A stretch of 64,000 bases of DNA from Vicugna vicugna (lineage: Eukaryota), in NCBI GenBank assembly GCA_013265495.1, contig MU058456.1, positions 186,001 through 250,000 of the forward strand, read 5' to 3'. This document shows, in pieces, positions 23,901 to 36,545 of this stretch. How positions within the stretch are numbered: the first letter of the stretch is position 1; the number at the start of each line of letters is the position of its first letter. Position numbers and translations under genes: made by a program. The notes under the pieces are model-generated. The model had not been told where the DNA came from. It saw only the letters and a list, made by a program, of their open reading frames with translations, and ran no database searches.

Positions 23901-25439
23901 ACTCTTGGGTTCCTGCTCAACAGAGCTATTCCTCATTATTTTGTAACCTTTATACCTCCTTCCAGGGAGAGTTAAATAAAGCCTGTGGATTTTTGATATG
24001 AGAGTCTGGCAGGCTCCCGCTCACACAGAAAGGTTTCCAGCCGGGCTGGCTGATGAAAGCCTCGGTCCGACGACAGAGTCTCATTCACGGCGGATGCAAG
24101 GCGGCAGCATCTCTGCTCATTCCAAACCCCACACTTGGGAACGGTGCCCACGTGAAGGTCCACATTCCACAGCACTCTCACTTTGGCAGGAGGAGATAGG
24201 TTGTAATGAGAATAGTTAGAAACTAGGAACCGCTGGCTAATTACCTCAGGTGAACAATTCATTTTTTGGAAAGGCACTCACTGTTCTTTTAGCTGGTTGA
24301 TCATGTGCAAAAATGATCCCTGACCTAGAATTTCATTATTGCACCTGAGCCGGCCTGAAAATGAGAGAAATGAAATACCATTAAGATATGAGTAGGAAAA
24401 TAGAGAATAAACCTTGAGAGTTAACAGCTAGGTGACGTTCTGAATGTCAAAGCCTGAAGCGTGTCCAGGGTGCTTCAGTGGTTTTGAAAAAAAATGAGCC
24501 CAGATGCCACTTCTCTTTCAGCATCGTGGGGTCCTCTTCCTAGCCCCTTTTCTCTGTACCCACAAGGAAGGTGCCAGATTTGGATGATGGAGAGGGTGCT
24601 CTATCCATCAACCATGTTACTTGCTTTTTCTCTCTCTGGGTATGACACGTGACTGATATCACTATCCTCCAGAGAACATTGATATGAGTCAGAAAAATAG
24701 GTTCATGCCTTACAAGAGCAACTTCTGCCTGTTTGTGACCAGTGTGTCTTTGAAGTTGAGCACCTGCCCCTTTTTGGGTTCCCTGGTTGTTCTGTTACTG
24801 AGCCCTTTAAGAAATGTAAGGACTACTAGCCACTGAAAGGAAGACTCCACAAGGTTAGCGTCATCCCAGGTCAAGAAGAGAATCTGGGAGGGGTTTGAGG
24901 AAGCCCCTTTGTGTACTCATCATTTTACAGTGAAAAACTGAGATTGATGTTACCACGTTATTTATTTGCAAAGAATTTAGATAATGAGTGTGGAGAACTT
25001 TCCAGAAGGGAGAAATGTGGTGAATAAAGGATTAAGCCACGAATGATGAGGCTGAGAGCACCTAGAGTCAACCTACCCTGGTTCAAGTCACTTGGTTTGA
25101 GTTAAGCAGGGCCTGATTAGAGAGGTCTTTGGTGGCATGAAGAGACAGGTGGGGCCCTAATGCTTCTTGAGCAGAGAAGGGACATTATAAAAGTGGTGTT
25201 TTAGAAGAGTCTGACGCTTGTGAGTGTGGAGCAAGGTCTGAGGGGCAGCAGTGAGAGGGATGGGAGAGAATGATGCCAGCGTCTGCTCTGAGGGGAATTT
25301 GCCCCAACCTTTGAGAAAAGGAAGTTGTGATGTAAGTGGAGAAAACACTGGTCTGAGAACTAAAAGGCTTATGTTTGAATTCTTGTTCTGCCTTTCACTA
25401 GCTGGATAATCTCAAAAGGCACTTCTCTGAGCCTCTAAG

Positions 25440-25615
25440 TCAGAATTTCAAACTAGATCTGGCCTGTGCATCAGTTTCACCTGCAGACACGTTTATTTTG
25501 GCTAACAAAATGGTTCTGTTTTCCCCAGTCCCCAGTGCCCCCTGTGACATCAGACACAACTCGAGTCACACTTTTACGTCACTGGCCTGGCTCCTGTAAG
25601 TGTGCAGTCTCCACT
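25440..25615. mobile_element. MER102-like hAT MITE fragment
   Basis: ttacgtcactggcctggctcctgtaagtg end motif; a similar piece lies at about 31520-31650. Confidence 0.5.
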
Positions 25616-25849
25616 GTAAGTCTTGTTAAAATAAGTATATTTATGTTTGCCTAGTTTGCTGTTGTCCACTTTTGGTTACAAGTTCTGAGAGTTAGGAAAC
25701 TGTTTAACATTTTTCCTCTAGCCAGGAATGTTCAGGGCAAATTAGTAATCAGTAATTACGAGTTGATAATATTCAAGTATAGACCGTCTTCCGGCTCCTT
25801 GCCTCTTTACTTTCTGGGAATACCTAGCAGTTAGAGAAAGCATGTTTAG

Positions 25850-25978
25850 ATGGGGTAGAGTTTGGTGGCAGAGTGCGTGCTTAGCATGCATGAGGTCCTG
25901 GTTTCAATCCCTAGGATCTCCGTTAAAGATAAATAAATAAACCTAATTGCCTCCCCCTCCAAAAAAACCGAAAAAAAA
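25850..25978 (+). mobile_element. tRNA-Ala-derived SINE (Vic-1 type)
   Basis: gtggcagagtgcgtgcttagcatgcatgaggtcctggtttcaatccc, then aaataaataaacctaattgcctcccc and poly(A); perfect TSD aaagcatgtttag at 25837 and 25979. Confidence 0.93.
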
Positions 25979-26959
25979 AAAGCATGTTTAGGGAATTGTC
26001 ATAAGGTTAGATTTTATTTTACCTTGACTTTTTCTGCTCAGTTTGGACCTTTTATATATTTAGAGCCACAAATGCACAAGTTCCTGTGTTTGGAAGGAAA
26101 CTGGTTGTGGCCCCTTTTGTTGATTTATGGTAGTGCCTTGGGGATTGTGATGAAGAGAGACTCATAAAAGTAGCGCAGGAGAGGACCCTAGAGATGATCA
26201 GGGCCAACACCTGTACTTGGAGAGGGACCAACAGAGCCCCAGGCAGAGCTTAGTGCCCCATCTCCAGGACTGAGCTCACGGCTTCTCTGGCTCAGCGTTC
26301 ATGTCATGTTTGTAAGAGGCTGTATTCTGCTTGGGGCTTGGCTCAAAACATTCATCTCAAGTTAATTAAATCTCTTAGATTGAATAGCTCTGCTGAGTTG
26401 CAAAAATTGCATTTTAAAAAATGGGGGTAGTGATATGTTCTTATAGAACTAAAAACCTGTAGTGGAGGTTTATTTTCCCAAAAGATTTAAGAGTCAAGTC
26501 ACAGGAACCAGATGATTAAAAAAAAAGTAAATATTAATTCAATTATCATAGAATTTCAAGTATTTAATCACATTTTGAGATAATCGTTTCGTTACGGTAA
26601 ATGCTTTTTGCTTCCATTTTCCTTTATTTTATTCAGTATAAGTTATTTTATTGTTCCCGAGAGGGCGTAACTTTAAAACGAGTTAAGATTTTACATTGCA
26701 TTTTCCTTTCTGACATGAAGTTTAATTGCATTGCGTTTAATTCACTTACGTAGTTCATCTAACGGCTGGATTTTAAAGTGCTTCTGGAGTTACTAGAAGT
26801 AGAACTTCTGTTTTTCTTCCTCATTCTCTTTTCTTTTGCTCCTCTTCTTCCTTCTTCCTCTTTCTCCTCAAACAAATCCCTCAGCAGTATCTCCTGCTGG
26901 TGGATTCACAGGGTAGCGCCCTTTAGAGCGGGAGGGTGCTGTCGCGATTCTCCCATTCA

Positions 26960-27125
26960 GGACTCGCGACCTGGGACTCACGCAGGTGAAGTCCTGGGTG
27001 GGTTGCTGCGGGGAGCCCAGGAAGCTCAGAAGTGTGTGCAAAGCTTTGCGTTTCCCTGGGAAGAGGGTCTATAGCTTCATCAAATACTCAGAGGGGTCCC
27101 TGCCCCTGAAAGTTAAGTATCACTG
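26960..27125. mobile_element. MER103-like hAT-Charlie MITE
   Basis: gggaagagggtctatagcttcatcaaatactcagaggggtcc..aaagttaagtatcactg. Confidence 0.65.
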
Positions 27126-30100
27126 ATGAGAAACGTAATGGCTTAGATGTCAAAATAGCTCATCCAGGATCAGGTAACGAAGTAGCTGCTGAATCAGGGG
27201 TAGAAACTAGGCTTTTTGGCTTCCAGTACAAGGATTTTTCTGCTGCACTAAGGAAACAAGGCTTAGTTTCCATTTTTATGGAGTTGTTTATGTACAGTTG
27301 TTATGTCTTCTTAAAGTTGTATTCCTTGGATGGCGAATAAATTAGAAATAAATTGCTAATAAAATCAGATTAAGTTAAACATCTGACCAACCAACCGAAA
27401 CCAAAATGATCTCTAAATTCTAAGTGCTCTAATTCCTTTCATGTAAAATTTATCCCACTCTGAGTTTTCTGATATCATATATACCCGAGAATAAAGTGAA
27501 AGAGGGAGGGGAGGCAGAGGGAGAGAGAGAGGAAGGGGGGGGGGTATAGGTCATGTATTTTGGGGGAGTGGGGTGGGGGCAAGGGAGGAAAGGATAGTGA
27601 GAACTTCCAAATTAGCAAGTCATTCCTCCTCCCTAACTCATAGTGGAATGGGGGCACCCTCCTGTGGGAGAACTCCGGATTTCTGAAATTCCTGGAGTAT
27701 CAGCTCTGCTGCCACCTTCTCCCCCATTTGAGAAAGCATGTGGGAAGGGAGAATTGCAACACCCCCCATAACTGACTGCGAAGCTGTAGGGCGCTGGACA
27801 CAGCAGCAAGAGCCCCCATGCCCTGAGCGCTCTCTCCTAAAGCCTGCAGGCACCAGCCCGCGTCTGAACGAAGCTGGAAGAAGACAGTGCTTCCACGGCA
27901 CTGCTCACGTCCCCTCCCTTCTGACACCTGGCCCTGACTGCTCACTGTGTCAGCTGCTCTGAGCCCTGCCGTGGGCTGCCATCCTAAGAAGGATCTTTTA
28001 TCCCGGCTCTACGTTTCATTGTAGCTGTTTCGACAGGTGGTAGAAATTTCTAGCTCATTGTCCACATTGATGTAAATGATCATCTGTTCAGACACAAATA
28101 TCAACTCCTTCCCAAATGCTCTGATCGTGGCCAGCTCATTCATTGCCGACAACCGTGAGTGGATTTTAAATTTCTCTCCGAGCAGAGGTGCAGTCTTCAG
28201 TATGCAGGGAAAGGCTTTAAAAAATTTTTTTTCAAATAGTGATAAATATGATGGTTTAATCTTGTTTTTCCCTCAGCCTCCAATAAAATAAAGATGAATC
28301 ATGCCAGGCAGTTTAATCATACCTGTCATAACGGAGGCTGTCATTCTTCGAATTCTCTTTTATTAGCAGTATTTAAAGATCTGCAGTAGCTCAGATTGCT
28401 CAGTTGGCCAAACAGCTTGACATCTCTTTCCCTTCCCCAGTGCCCCCCTTCAAATTAAATAGAATAAAGGAGAAGAAGAAAGGAAGGAAGGAGAGATTGG
28501 AAAAGAAGGGAAAGAAGGATAACAAAATTAACCAAGTCTCTGACAGAGGCCATTGGAAGCTGGGCCAAGCCACACAGTAACTGAGGGGCAGGGAGGCAGG
28601 AGACCTGAGGTCCAGAGAGGAGCTGCAGGGACCGCACCTCTGAGTGAAGGGCTCATGAGACCTTCGGTGGGTTCCCAGGAGGACGACGAGGTTAGGTTGT
28701 CTCTGGGGCTTCCAACTGGATTTTTCCTATTGCTTCTCCCCTAATCTTTGCACAGAGTCCACGTGGACCTATGTGGCCGATGGCTTAGGTGGGTGGGGTT
28801 TGACTCCAATGGCTCCTCAGCAATGAGTAGGGCAGATGCTGCGATTGCTCTCTTCACTGGATTTACCATCCTTCTGTGGGCTCTCCAGGGCAGGCAGTGA
28901 TTTCTGGCAAGACAAAGGCCTCTGCAGCAAGCAGAGGCAGCCCTTCAACTGTCCGCTTTTTAGCAACATTTACTAAGCCTCTGGCTATTGTGGAAACCAT
29001 ATGGTGTTATGTCCTGGAACACACAGCACCTGATGGTAGCCTACTATCCTCACGAGGGGAGCAAGGATGAGTTTTTAATACACCAAGACCATGATTTGGC
29101 CTGTGGGACCATCTGCCAGCATCCATTTCCTGTGTGGAGGGAGGGGCCAGAGTGGTACATAGGAGACAAGCTTAAGCAGTTGTATTTCCTGCTCTGTAGA
29201 CTCAGTTCAAAAGTTAGGCCTCACCCTGTGAACTTCCCAATGTATGGATGGTCACTGTGATATAGGAGTAAATCTAAGCATCTGATGGCAGAAACCTCTT
29301 TCAGTGACTTCCAGAATTTTTTTTTTTTTGGCAGGAGCTTCTCTGAGTGATTTCCAGGGATGTTTTGCATCATTGACATCAAAATTAGATGGAAGGGAAT
29401 CTTAAAACAGCCTGGCAGTGTGGTGGTGTGTGCACATGTTCATGCATGTATGTGTGTTTGTACAGGGGCAGAGGTTGGGGGAAAGGTGTATAAATAGTTA
29501 AAGAGAATTCTGGTTTATTTTTTATGAAAATATCCACAAAGATTCAGTATAAGATGACCATTCATATCACCACCCAAAACTAGACAATCCAATGACAGAA
29601 TCTCGGAAGGACTGACAATAATAATAAGGCAGATGGAGTTGGACTAGGAAAGCTACTCAAGCTTTAGATTTGTTTCCAGAACAGACTGCCTGAGAAAAAG
29701 GTCAAGGGATACATCATATCCCACCACGACTTGTCCTCTAAATGCAAGAACTTAGGTCCTATATAACTTGAAAATGATCAGCTACACTTTTTGGATCATC
29801 CTCTTTGAGGCTAGAAGAGTGCATCCTTTTTCCAGGTGCCTCCTTTATCAACTTCCTCTGTCTAGGCAGAGACAAAATCTCAGAAGTCATCTGGGCACAA
29901 GGTGTGTGTGTGTGCAGGCGCGCGCACGCGTGTGTGTTGTGTAGGCACACATGTGTGCAACATTTTGGGAGACGTAGTTTTGCAAATAAAGCACTCGTTT
30001 GGGAGCAGTGCACGCTGGAAATTCTAGTCTGTCATGTACTCCGTTGGTTCAGGTGGAGAGAACAAGAAAGAGGTAGGAAATAGATAGCTCAGCAGCAAAT

Positions 30101-30299
30101 CAAAGATCATTGTACGAAAACTCACAGAACTGAGTGTTAATTACCCTGCGGAGACTGGCATATCACACTGTGTTGACCAACTCTGAAGCTGGGTGGATGC
30201 TTCATTCAGGGAAGAGAAAACAATAACATGGGAGACATGAAAAAATTGTGCAGGGCAAAGAAAAGGAAAGGATGTGGGCAACTCAGAGGAAAATCACAC

Positions 30300-31480
30300 C
30301 CTTAAAAATCATCTCCCACAGAACCCAGAAGAAAATTTTAGAAGACTTCTTGACATTCAAGAAGACTTGACCTCTATGAATCAGGAGAGAAAGCCAAAAG
30401 TAAAAAAGAGCTGAACTGAAACGGCAGTTGGATACTCCTTTTTACCTAAAAGGGAGTTAGATGAATTGAGAGAGGATTGCTCACAGCAAGAAGGCAATTG
30501 TGGAATTAACAATTACATTGAAGGCAGCAAAAGCAGAATTGAAGTGAAAAAAAGATGAATGCAAATTTCCCACCATCCTTTTAAAAGAGAATATATAATA
30601 CGATAATGACAGTAATCTGTATTTTAAAGTCCAGATTATATGAACAAAAACCCTAGAAGTGGACAGAAGAGAAGAAAGAATGAGCTTAATTTCTTATCTA
30701 ATAGGGGCAAATGAAAAAATACAGTATTCTCTTGGTTCTGACAGAGAAATACAGGCTAAAGTATTGTAAACAGAGGCATTAGGTTATTTAATGTAATAAA
30801 AAGCAAACGAATTTCTAGAACCCTGGAGATGACAAATCAAAATCAACTAAACAAACATAAGACAAACAAAAAGAATCCACATAGTAAAAGTCATAAGATC
30901 GAATTAGCATCAAGAAAGCATTGAATACTGTGATAAAAATGAGAACAACCAGATCAATTGAAATAATAAATATAAAAAGGAATAAAATATCCTCATTAAA
31001 AGAAGTAGAGACTCATACTGAGCCAAAAAAACAAAATCCAGTTTCATGCTGTTGAAAAGCAGTAGAACTTAAAACAAAATGAAGCAAATGTTTAAATATA
31101 AAAGGTTAAGTGTAGGTATATTAAATAATGAAAAAAAACCCCAAGGCACAATGTAAATATGATAAGGTAGAATTTCAGGAACAAATTAAATAAGATTATG
31201 GGAACTTTTATGTTGATAAACTAAATTATTGTCAAAACTATATAACCGTTATGAACCCTTATGAACCAAATAACTGCTTCAAAATATACAAAGCAAATCA
31301 TGTTAGAAGTAGAAAGAGAATCTGAACAGCATCACTAATAAGGGTTTCTCTGATATCTATATCTACTCTCTATCTATATACTTTTTTCCAGCATCCATGG
31401 AAATATTATTAAAATTACCTAAAACAGATCTTAAAGAAAAGTAAATAAATTTTCCAAAAACTGAAGTTTAATAAAATAGA
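30300..31480 (+). mobile_element. Highly diverged L1M fragment (ORF1 to ORF2 start)
   Basis: A-rich sense-strand L1 composition and motifs such as cttcaaaatatacaaagcaaa. Confidence 0.55.
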
Positions 31481-33275
31481 AACTCCAAGACACCATCACC
31501 ACCACCACAGTATCCTTGTGATCTGGCATGGTGCAGACCTTTTTTGAATGCACAGCCTCTCCAAGTCTCCAGTTTACACGGTTCCACCAGTCCCTCATTG
31601 TTTTACTTATTTATTACTTGCCTGGCCCTATACATTTGAATTTGTAATCTTTGATAAAGTCTAAAATTTTAACAAGAGGTCCTTATTATTTTTGTTGGGG
31701 TTAAAAGCTATTACAGAGGAGTTTGTACTCACAGAATCTGCTGGGGGCAGGGCTGGGGCAATCTCCCAAAGTGTAAAATAAGTTCAGTTGAAGGCTGCAG
31801 TGGGGTTCTGCCAAAATTCTAATAAAGGGTGGCTGTTCGATCTTGTTTGAGAGGCGAATGAACTACATCTTCCTAAAGCAAAATAGAGCAATGGAAAGAA
31901 GATTAAGCAATGATCGATAACAGCTGCACATTTATTAGAATGGTTTTAATAAGATTTCCTATAGGCAATGGTATTCTGAAATTCCTAAGTATATCTTCTG
32001 ATTTGTTTAGTTTCTAGGTCTGTTAGAACTCATTCTTTTATACTTGCTTCATCCTAAAAAGGACTTGAGGCAGTAACTAAGACTGTGACCTGCCAAGGGT
32101 AGGGAACTGTCTGCCCCAAAGACAAGCCAAAGAGAAGTTTAAGATCAATAATAAACTGGTTGAAAGTCAGCCTGCTTTTTATTAGAACTTACGCCAATAT
32201 TCTGAACTGGAGATAAATCAGTAATAAAATATCAGTGATAAAATACTCCTTGCCATGATAGACCACTCCATCATTTATTTTGAATTCAAACAGTATATCT
32301 ATTTGAAATAGGTGTTTGTATTTATTTTAAATTGTGCTTCAAAATCGTGTATCATAGCCTATAAATTGGAATATGGTGTCAGTGCTTCATTTGTAATAAA
32401 ATTTTATTTTCAGTGAAAAATACATGTGATATGCCTGTAAAGTAATGGGTTGCATTTCTATAGGACTCAGCCCATGACTTGCTTAGATAAATTGCCTGGG
32501 TAAGCTGCCTTTCTCTTCAGACCATTGATCAGCCATTACCATTAGCCTAGTCCTAGTGCTCAGTTTAAGGCACAGGAACTAGGGAAAAATAAAATTATTT
32601 GCATGTGCTAGTGTTTCAAGCCCACATTTAGAAAATGATAGAAAACATCACCCTAATTTGTTTTTAAAAAATTGCCACCTGTATCGAGTGACCAGCAGAA
32701 CTGATATTGTGATACACATAGTCTCATAGTAAAACATTTGTTGGATGAATTTTTTCTTAAAACGGTGCATACCTGTAATTTATCATCTGATTGCATTTTG
32801 TCCACTTTAAATTAGACTTGAAGCTAATACCATGTATCTTCTCATTAGTTCTATATAAGACTAGGATTTTTATCTTCCCTTGTGGTAAGCAAATGTCATT
32901 TCTTTAACATGGCATTTGCTTAGTGTTTCGTTTGTGCTTTCTTTCCATGAGAGGAAGGGGAAGCCTTCAAACTAAAAACTTCTTTACTTTTTGATGTCTT
33001 CTTATTTTCAAAAGTTAGGAAGCAGGCTCCAGGAAGGCAGGTTAACATAATTAATTGGTGTAGACGTTCTAGTAATCTGCTTATGTGACTTCTTAGGAAG
33101 ACATTAAGCTCTTAACTACTCTTTAGGAAAAAGATAAAGTAAACATATTTTAACAAAATGTAGTGTACTCTATACACCAGTCTCTTCATTTTGAGTTATG
33201 GGGCCCAATGTTGTCTTCTTTCTCAAGAAAGTTACAGTACATTACTCAACTTTCAGGTACAAAGTAACCTTCTCC

Positions 33276-34029
33276 TGGTGTGGAGAGAAGGGAATCCTCC
33301 TACACTGTTGGTGGGAATGTAAATTGGTGCAGCCTCTATGGAAAACAGTATAGAGTTTCCTTAAACAACTAAAAATAGACTTACCGTATGATCCAGCAAT
33401 CCCACTCCTGGACGTACATCTGCAGAAATTCTAATTTGAAAAGATTCAGGGATCCCAATGTTTATAGCTGCACTATTTACAGTAGCCAAGACATGGAAAC
33501 AACCTAGATGTCCATTGACAGATGTGTGGATAAAGAAGATGTGGTACACATATACAATGGAATACTACTCAGCCGTAAAAAGGAATGAAATAATGCCGTT
33601 TGCAGCAACATAGATGGACCTTGAGATGATCATATTGAGTGAAGTAAGTCAAAGACAAATATCATATAATGTCACTTATATGTGGAATCTAAAAAATCAT
33701 ACAAATGAACTTATTTACAAAACAGAAACACTCACAGACATAGAAAACAGTCTTACGGTTACCGAAGGGGGAGTTTGGGGGCGGGATAAATAAGGAGTTT
33801 GAAATTAGCAGATACAAACTATTATATATAAAGTAGATAAACAACAAGGACCTACTGTATAGCGCAGGGAACTATACTCAATATCTTGTAATAACCTATA
33901 AGGAAAAAAATCTGAAAAAGGATATATATCTATATACACACACACATATACATATATGTAAGTGAATCACTTTTCTGTACACTTGAAACTAAGACAACAT
34001 TGTAAATCAACTATACCTTAATTAAAAAA
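33276..34029 (+). mobile_element. Young 5'-truncated L1 3' end with TSD
   Basis: cactgttggtgggaatgtaaattggtgcagcc..ccagcaatcccactcctgg..; poly(A); TSD aaagtaaccttctcc (33261) / aaagtgaccctctcc (34030). Confidence 0.95.
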
Positions 34030-34917
34030 AAAGTGACCCTCTCCCTCTCAGTGGAGTGCCTGCCTCTTCCTGTGGGCAGTGGCATGCCATGACAGGGTGG
34101 GGGTGGTGAGGAGAGGTACCTGTGCCACATGGAAAAGAGAAAGTTTTAGGACTGGACTCAGGATGCTGCATCCACCAGCTGCACAAGCCGCGGAGAGGTT
34201 TATTCCTTTGCTGTCTATTCAGTGCCCTCCTCGTGTGTTGCTCTGTTGTCATCGGGTGATGAAAGGGACCCAAGAATAAAACAGGCACCAGACAGGAGCA
34301 CTCGAGGATCTTAAGTGTGGCGTAATTCCGGCTGCTGTGGCAGGGAAGAGTGAGATTGTCTGCTGTTCCTCAGACTCAGTGTGGGGACCGGACCCACTGC
34401 AGCGCTGAATGAAAGCAGGGAGGGTGGCGGCTGTGCGCCTGCTCATCCCTCTCAACGCTGCCCGTCAGATGTGTCACACTTGCCACAGGTAAGGGGTTTT
34501 GACATCTGAGCCCAGCTGTTAACACATAAACTTTCACAGATTGTTCAAAAGGGCTTTGAAAATCTTCAGACAGAAGTGCTGTGAGGAGGATGATGTATCT
34601 GAGAAAGGAGGTAGATGGGGCCACAATCCATTCTACAGGCTTTCCTGTTTCCTTCCTTACCTTTTGAGAAAGAAAAAGGCACACCAAGCAGGCATTCTCT
34701 AAGAGCTCACAGAGGGTTGAATTTGATGTTTTGGAAGGACCACAAAGGACTGGCTTTAGGGTATAGAAATTGCCAGTTCTCAGAAGGAGAAACAGGTCTA
34801 ATGAGGTTTAAACACCTTTTTAGTGGATAATTAAGAATATGATATAGTATATCCAATATATTCTTGTAGATATATTCAAATCTACAACAAAGTTTCTTTG
34901 GTCATCTCTTCTTTCTT

Positions 34918-35058
34918 TTTTCTAAAATTTATTTATTAGTTTTTTAGGGAGAGGTAATCAGGTGTTTTTTTCTTTTTTCAGCAGAGGTACTGGGGATTGA
35001 ACCCAGGACCTCGTGCATGCTAAGCATGCACTCTGCCACGGAGCTATCCTCTCCCCTC
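34918..35058 (-). mobile_element. tRNA-Ala-derived SINE (Vic-1 type)
   Basis: gaggtactggggattgaacccaggacctcgtgcatgctaagcatgcactct; TSD tcatctcttctttctt (34902) / tcatctgtcctttctt (35059). Confidence 0.93.
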
Positions 35059-36045
35059 TCATCTGTCCTTTCTTAATACTCATATCAGAGCCCTTGAAAA
35101 ATGGGTTCTCCGGTGTTGTCATACATCCAGTACTCAGGCAAATGGTACAGCAAGGGTTATATTAAAACAACTTAACAACTGGCAGCGCACGCACTAGCCA
35201 GTCAAATGGAGCCCTGATGAATCAATACAGATGTGCACTGGTGGCCCAGCTGTGTCAGTGTGTGTCTTCTGTGTGTCAGCGCTGGGGAGAGTGAGGCGTG
35301 GGCTGCCCTTGGAAACTTCAGAATGTCTTCCCTGGCTACCCCACCCCAACAGAAAACACAGAAGACAGAAAAGTGAAAATATAAGGCACTGATCTATTTC
35401 TATTGAGTACTTCTGTACGGGGCAAGATTCTTGGTGCAAATGCAGATTGCACCACTAACTTGGTTACCTGCCACGTGATGATTGCGGGAAGTCTAGGTCA
35501 AGTTCTGCTGAGAAGTTGGAAGTGGGAAAATCATGATGTGTTGCCAAAGTCAGTAACAGTTGCCCCAGAAGTCAGAGATTCCCGATAGTTTGTCATCTTT
35601 ACAGTGAGACGTCACAAATGGGTACAGTTGTGCTACAAGACATTATTACTCTCAGCTGTAAGGTGGCAGGGCAGGGCCTGCGGCAGTCAGAGCTCTGGAG
35701 CAGCTTCAGCTGGGGCTTCTTGGAGGTCAGTCCAAGTGGAGCAAAGTCTCATGGCTGCTCTGTGAGCCCCTTGGGTGGCAACCATCCTGAGCAGCATCCA
35801 GCATCAAGCATGCCTGGTTCCTGGTTGGTGTGCTGAGTGAGGTCAAGGTGCTCTGTCCCCTAAGACCTACTTCTGCAGGGCGCACTGCTGCTACCCTCTG
35901 TGGACAAGGTCCCATGGAGCTGTTGGAGAATCTGTGTGTTTGGTCCCCTAGAAGAGGGTGGTTGGAAGTGGGGGAGATACAGAAGTTGGGCTGGGTTCCT
36001 TGGGGGCCCAGCTCCAGGTCCTGGCTCCCCATCAGTCTAAGCATA

Positions 36046-36545
36046 TGTGTTAGTTTTCCACTGATGCTGTAACACATTACCACAAACTTAGCGGCTTCAA
36101 AAAACACAGATTTATTCTCTTACATTCTAGAGGTCAGAAGTCTGAGATGGGATTCATTGGACCAGAAATCAAGATGTTGGCAAGGCTGGATTCCTTCTGG
36201 AAGCTCTAGGAGAGGATCTGTTCCCTAAGTTTCTCTAGCTTCTAGAGGCCTCGGCTCATGACCCCTCCCTCCATCTTCGAGGCCAACAACATAGTGTCTC
36301 CATATCTTTCTCTGACTCTCCCCTCCGCTTCTGTTGTCACGTCTTTGACTCTGACTCTCCTGCCTCCTACTTTTCCTTAGAAAGACCCTTGAGTCCATAT
36401 GGGTCATCAGGACCATCCACCCATCTTGAGACCCTTAATTTAACTGCATTTGCAAGGTTCCCCTTGCTGTGTGAAGTAACGTGTTCGCAGGTTCCAGCGA
36501 TCGCAGCACAGACCTCTTTGGAGGACTGTTGTTGAGCCTACCACA
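36046..36545 (-). mobile_element. MLT1 (MaLR) solo LTR
   Basis: tgtgttagttttcc..gctgtaacacattaccacaaacttagcggctt..ctagaggtcagaagtctgag..cctaccaca; TG..CA ends. Confidence 0.88.
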
